DNA from: a virus
Lineage: Duplodnaviria; Caudoviricetes
IMG/VR virus record: IMGVR_UViG_3300032038_000001
Span: 1 to 64,000 of that record
DNA: 64,000 nucleotides
Strand: one strand, 5' to 3'
A program made the translations under genes and the position numbers. Shown piece by piece: positions 60,844 to 64,000 of the stretch; the first letter of the stretch is position 1, and every line of letters starts with the position of its first letter. A model generated the notes under the pieces. That model had not been told where the DNA came from, ran no database searches, and worked only from the letters and a program-made list of their open reading frames with translations.

Positions 60844-62076
60844 TTAATAATTAAATTCTTCTTCAGGAACTTCCATTTCTTCAGGTCTTATAGCTGAGAG
60901 TCTAGATTCAAGAACTGGTATAATATTAGAATAAAGAATATTATACAATTCTCTATTATCTTTAAAATCTTGATGCATCCCCTTAAGAGTGAATTTATTA
61001 TCTTTATTATCAGCAAAATAATAACCGTTTCTATTACCACCAAGAATACCTATTTCTTTTGCATAATTTACCGATGACCTCAATGAATCTATTCCTCGTA
61101 CTTTATCATATATAAGAGGTACAGTTTGTCCGGCTTGGTTAGTTCTAGATTTTATTATTTCGAGCCTTACACCAAAACCATCAAATCCATCATCTTCAAG
61201 TGTATATTTTTCACTACCTACTGCTACAAACTTAATTAAGATATGAGCCAAAAACTGCGGTGTTTTTCCTCCTGGTAAAGCCTCGTCTTGTTTTAAATAA
61301 AGCATTTCAGACGGTGTTTTAGTAATACCCATTCCAGGATTTGTTTTTATCTGATTAATGGCTATGAGTGTAATATTTGCAGTTCTTATATATGGAAGAA
61401 TTTCATTAAAAAATCTTCCTATCTCACCAGTAAGTCTCATTCTATCAGTCTGAGTTCCTATTTCTTCAAGTTTGGCTAATTCTTTTTTATCATTTTCATT
61501 GAGACTCATAGTAATGGTCGCTATGGAATCAAGTATAATAACGGTTGGTTCATATAGTGTTATCTCTTCACCAAACTCATTAAGTTTACCTGTTTTATAC
61601 TTATATTTATCAGGATTACTTGTTTTCTCCATATATACATCCATTATTGTTTTTTTCATATCTTCAAGTGTTGTTTTTTCCTGCCTAAGAATATATTTAC
61701 CCTGAGCCATCTCAGACATGTTAAATCTTGTAAGAGCTTGAATACGTGTATAATTTAATGCCTGTTCAAGGTCAAAATGAATAACTATACCATTATCAAA
61801 ACCTCTTACTATATTAGCTGCTATCTGAATAGCAGTTGTTGTCTTAGAAGTTGACGGCTTACCGATAAATTCGATATAAGATCCTGCTGTAATACCTATT
61901 GATGGATATGTGTCAATCAACGAATTATCATCATTAAAAACATTCACTTTATATCCAAGGTAATAATCAAGGACTGGAAATCCTGTCTTATACGAAATTA
62001 CAGACGCGTTACAGTCAAAATAATTTGTTTTCTTCCCAGTACTTCTAAGTGCTTCAACTAAAAAATTTTTTCCCAT
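60844..62076 (-). CDS. recA: RecA/UvsX-like recombinase
   Basis: TGFPVLD, GKPSTSKTT, DLEQA, IILDSI, INQI, PGGK and IIKSR. Confidence 0.85.
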   Translation of the reverse strand: MGKNFLVEALRSTGKKTNYFDCNASVISYKTGFPVLDYYLGYKVNVFNDDNSLIDTYPSIGITAGSYIEFIGKPSTSKTTTAIQIAANIVRGFDNGIVIHFDLEQALNYTRIQALTRFNMSEMAQGKYILRQEKTTLEDMKKTIMDVYMEKTSNPDKYKYKTGKLNEFGEEITLYEPTVIILDSIATITMSLNENDKKELAKLEEIGTQTDRMRLTGEIGRFFNEILPYIRTANITLIAINQIKTNPGMGITKTPSEMLYLKQDEALPGGKTPQFLAHILIKFVAVGSEKYTLEDDGFDGFGVRLEIIKSRTNQAGQTVPLIYDKVRGIDSLRSSVNYAKEIGILGGNRNGYYFADNKDNKFTLKGMHQDFKDNRELYNILYSNIIPVLESRLSAIRPEEMEVPEEEFNY

Positions 62077-62093
62077 TTTTAATTACTCCTTTT

Positions 62094-62429
62094 TTATATT
62101 ATATAAAATAAAATTATGCACAGTGCTATCGTTACTATATTTAGAAAGAATGATAAAAACTGAAAGTATTTGATTTTAGTAATAGTATCAACAAGCTCGT
62201 CCAAATCATGTGATAAACACTCAATCATTTCACCCTGTTCTTTACATAATAACGCAGTTTCATGTATGAAAGAAAAATTTTGATCTATTGATTTTTTTAA
62301 TTCATCATGAACACCTTTATGTATATCCATATTTTCATCAATACGTTTACTAATTTTATCAAGTGAACACAGCATCTCTGCTTCAGTCGTACGAATACTT
62401 GTATGTTCATTTTTTATATTTCTACCCAT
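62094..62429 (-). CDS. Coiled-coil protein with C-terminal TM helix
   Basis: SD aaggaga; hydrophobic C-terminus. Confidence 0.6.
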   Translation of the reverse strand: MGRNIKNEHTSIRTTEAEMLCSLDKISKRIDENMDIHKGVHDELKKSIDQNFSFIHETALLCKEQGEMIECLSHDLDELVDTITKIKYFQFLSFFLNIVTIALCIILFYII

Positions 62430-62540
62430 TCTTATCTCTCCTTTATATTTTAAAGTTATGTGAAAGTTCTATTCAATATATTAAAGTAAATTTAAAGTAT
62501 TATTATCGACAGAAAACAATGAACTAACGAGGTGATTATT

Positions 62541-62936
62541 ATGATTACTAGGTTAAGTACTGATGTTAATATTGATTCTAATATGATAGGTATTGTCATG
62601 AGTGATATTCCAGTATCAAATATAAATCAAGGTATACCATTATATATACCTCTTTTTATGTGTAATATAGAAAATAGCAACCCATCTATATCTATTGCAA
62701 AAACATACGGGAATAGTATTTTTAAAAATGCACAATCATGTAAACCTCATATTTCTACAATATTGAAACAACAGAATTATTTGACTGCCAAACTTAATTT
62801 AAATAGTGATATTAACCATATTATTTCAATTGATGAAAAGGGTAATCGATATATTAAAAAAGGTACTAAAGTACAGTCTGAATTTATTCATTCTAAAATA
62901 TCCGATTTAAGATTTAATACAAATATAAATTTTTGA
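62541..62936 (+). CDS. Hypothetical late (probable baseplate-associated) protein
   Basis: Late promoter at 62515-62526; precedes the gp53-like gene. Confidence 0.55.
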   Translation: MITRLSTDVNIDSNMIGIVMSDIPVSNINQGIPLYIPLFMCNIENSNPSISIAKTYGNSIFKNAQSCKPHISTILKQQNYLTAKLNLNSDINHIISIDEKGNRYIKKGTKVQSEFIHSKISDLRFNTNINF

Positions 62937-62957
62937 AATAAGGAGGATTAATCATCT

Positions 62958-63353
62958 ATGTCTATACCTGTTACTATAACCGAGCAGATTAATAATGCTG
63001 AAAAATGGGAGATATCTTACAGAACACTACACCCCTCTGCAATACTAAAAGATGAATTTAGCTCTAGGAACATAGAAATTCCGTTTTCATCATTAACTAA
63101 TAAATACAGACATTTTTTAAGCAAAATCGTCAGAACTACAACATTGGATGATAAATTACAGGCTAGATATAAACAGAGACCAAAATTAGTTTCATACGAT
63201 TTATATGGAACTACAGAATTATGGAATGATATACTTATATTAAATAATTGCTTTTCTACTATTGAATTTAATCCAGTTGTTATAAAAGCATATAACCCTG
63301 ATAAATTGAAAGAATATATCAACGAGATTTTGATTCTGGAAAAATTGATATAA
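62958..63353 (+). CDS. Baseplate wedge subunit, T4 gp53/LysM-like
   Basis: RPKLVSYDLYGTTELW..IL.LNN motif. Confidence 0.75.
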   Translation: MSIPVTITEQINNAEKWEISYRTLHPSAILKDEFSSRNIEIPFSSLTNKYRHFLSKIVRTTTLDDKLQARYKQRPKLVSYDLYGTTELWNDILILNNCFSTIEFNPVVIKAYNPDKLKEYINEILILEKLI

Positions 63354-63384
63354 ATTAAATTTTATTTTTCTATAACATTCTATT

Positions 63385-63578
63385 AAGGGGGAACCCCTAC
63401 CGGCTGGGGGAGCGAAAAGCGAGCCCACAAATGGGGGATAAAAAAATAAAAAAAAGAGAAGAAAAATAAAAAAAGAGAAAGATAAAAGAAAATAAATAGA
63501 ATAAGAAAGAGAAGGAAAACCCTGAATAACTTAAAAAATATGAAGATAGAAGGAGATTCGTACTCCTTCTATCTTTTT
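63385..63578 (+). other. Promoter-driven G-rich/purine-rich non-coding element
   Basis: AACA TTCTAT TA at 63374-63385, GC island at 63386-63437, about 90 nt of purine-rich tract, terminator at 63543-63578. Confidence 0.45.
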
Positions 63579-63680
63579 TATCCAGTTTTTCTTAATAATA
63601 AATATATATATACGTTTTGGTTTTTATGTTTATTTTGACAATATGATATACAAAATAATTTATTTATGAGGTGATATTCA

Positions 63681-64000
63681 ATGGGTATTGATTTAAATAA
63701 TCAACAAATTGATTGTACTTATAAAATGGAACAATGGTGGAAGAATGGCACTAAACAGAGATTTGAAATAACCTCAAAAGCTGGTTGTGGTAAAACAACA
63801 GTAGCTAAGTATTTAATAGATAGAATAGGGTTAAAACAAGATGAAGTATTAGCTATGGCATTTATGGGTAAAGCTGCTTTACAATTATCAAAACAAGGAT
63901 TAAAAGCTAGAACTATTCATTCTGCTATTTATGACTATGAAAAAGTTTTAGCCAGAGATGAAAATAAAAAAATTATATTTAATTCAAATGGTAAACCAAA
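63681..64000 (+). CDS. Dda/RecD-like SF1B helicase (runs off the window end)
   Basis: SD gaggtga; KAGCGKTT, AFMGKAA and ARTIHS. Confidence 0.85.
   Translation, partial: MGIDLNNQQIDCTYKMEQWWKNGTKQRFEITSKAGCGKTTVAKYLIDRIGLKQDEVLAMAFMGKAALQLSKQGLKARTIHSAIYDYEKVLARDENKKIIFNSNGKP

Noticed and set aside
93-63578. The many long perfect palindromes as a mobile repeat family
   Set aside because: They sit at gene ends with A/T tails and mostly differ in sequence, which is consistent with ordinary intrinsic terminators.
1-64000. Stop-codon reassignment
   Set aside because: Genes are long and tightly packed under the standard code, and there is no suppressor tRNA.

Overview
This AT-rich 64-kb window is a segment of a jumbo myophage genome of the phiKZ/AR9(PBS1)-like type. 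A Firmicutes (Clostridia-like) host is plausible from the strong Shine-Dalgarno sites and the clostridial-type ThyA. Protein genes include tail and baseplate genes, a large paralogous family of probable inner-head proteins, a split multisubunit RNA polymerase beta' subunit, a split family-B DNA polymerase, primase, NAD-dependent ligase, RecA/UvsX, SbcD, a 5'-3' exonuclease, a Dda/RecD-like helicase, and dTTP-synthesis genes (thyA, DHFR, dUTPase). There are three tRNAs; tRNA-Leu(UAA) is interrupted by a group I intron carrying an HNH endonuclease gene. Two phage promoter classes are readable directly: late AACA-N6-TA (the AR9 consensus) and early TATAYAnnAT. The most interesting signals are non-coding: (i) a tandem pair of covarying RNA motifs upstream of a helical-repeat/TerD protein, (ii) a hairpin-plus-pseudoknot early leader present in three copies, (iii) two separately transcribed, unassigned ~320-350 nt structured RNAs beside the tRNAs, and (iv) a promoter-driven G-rich/purine-rich transcript that may mark an R-loop origin. 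All calls come from reading motifs by eye; no database searches or folding programs were run.
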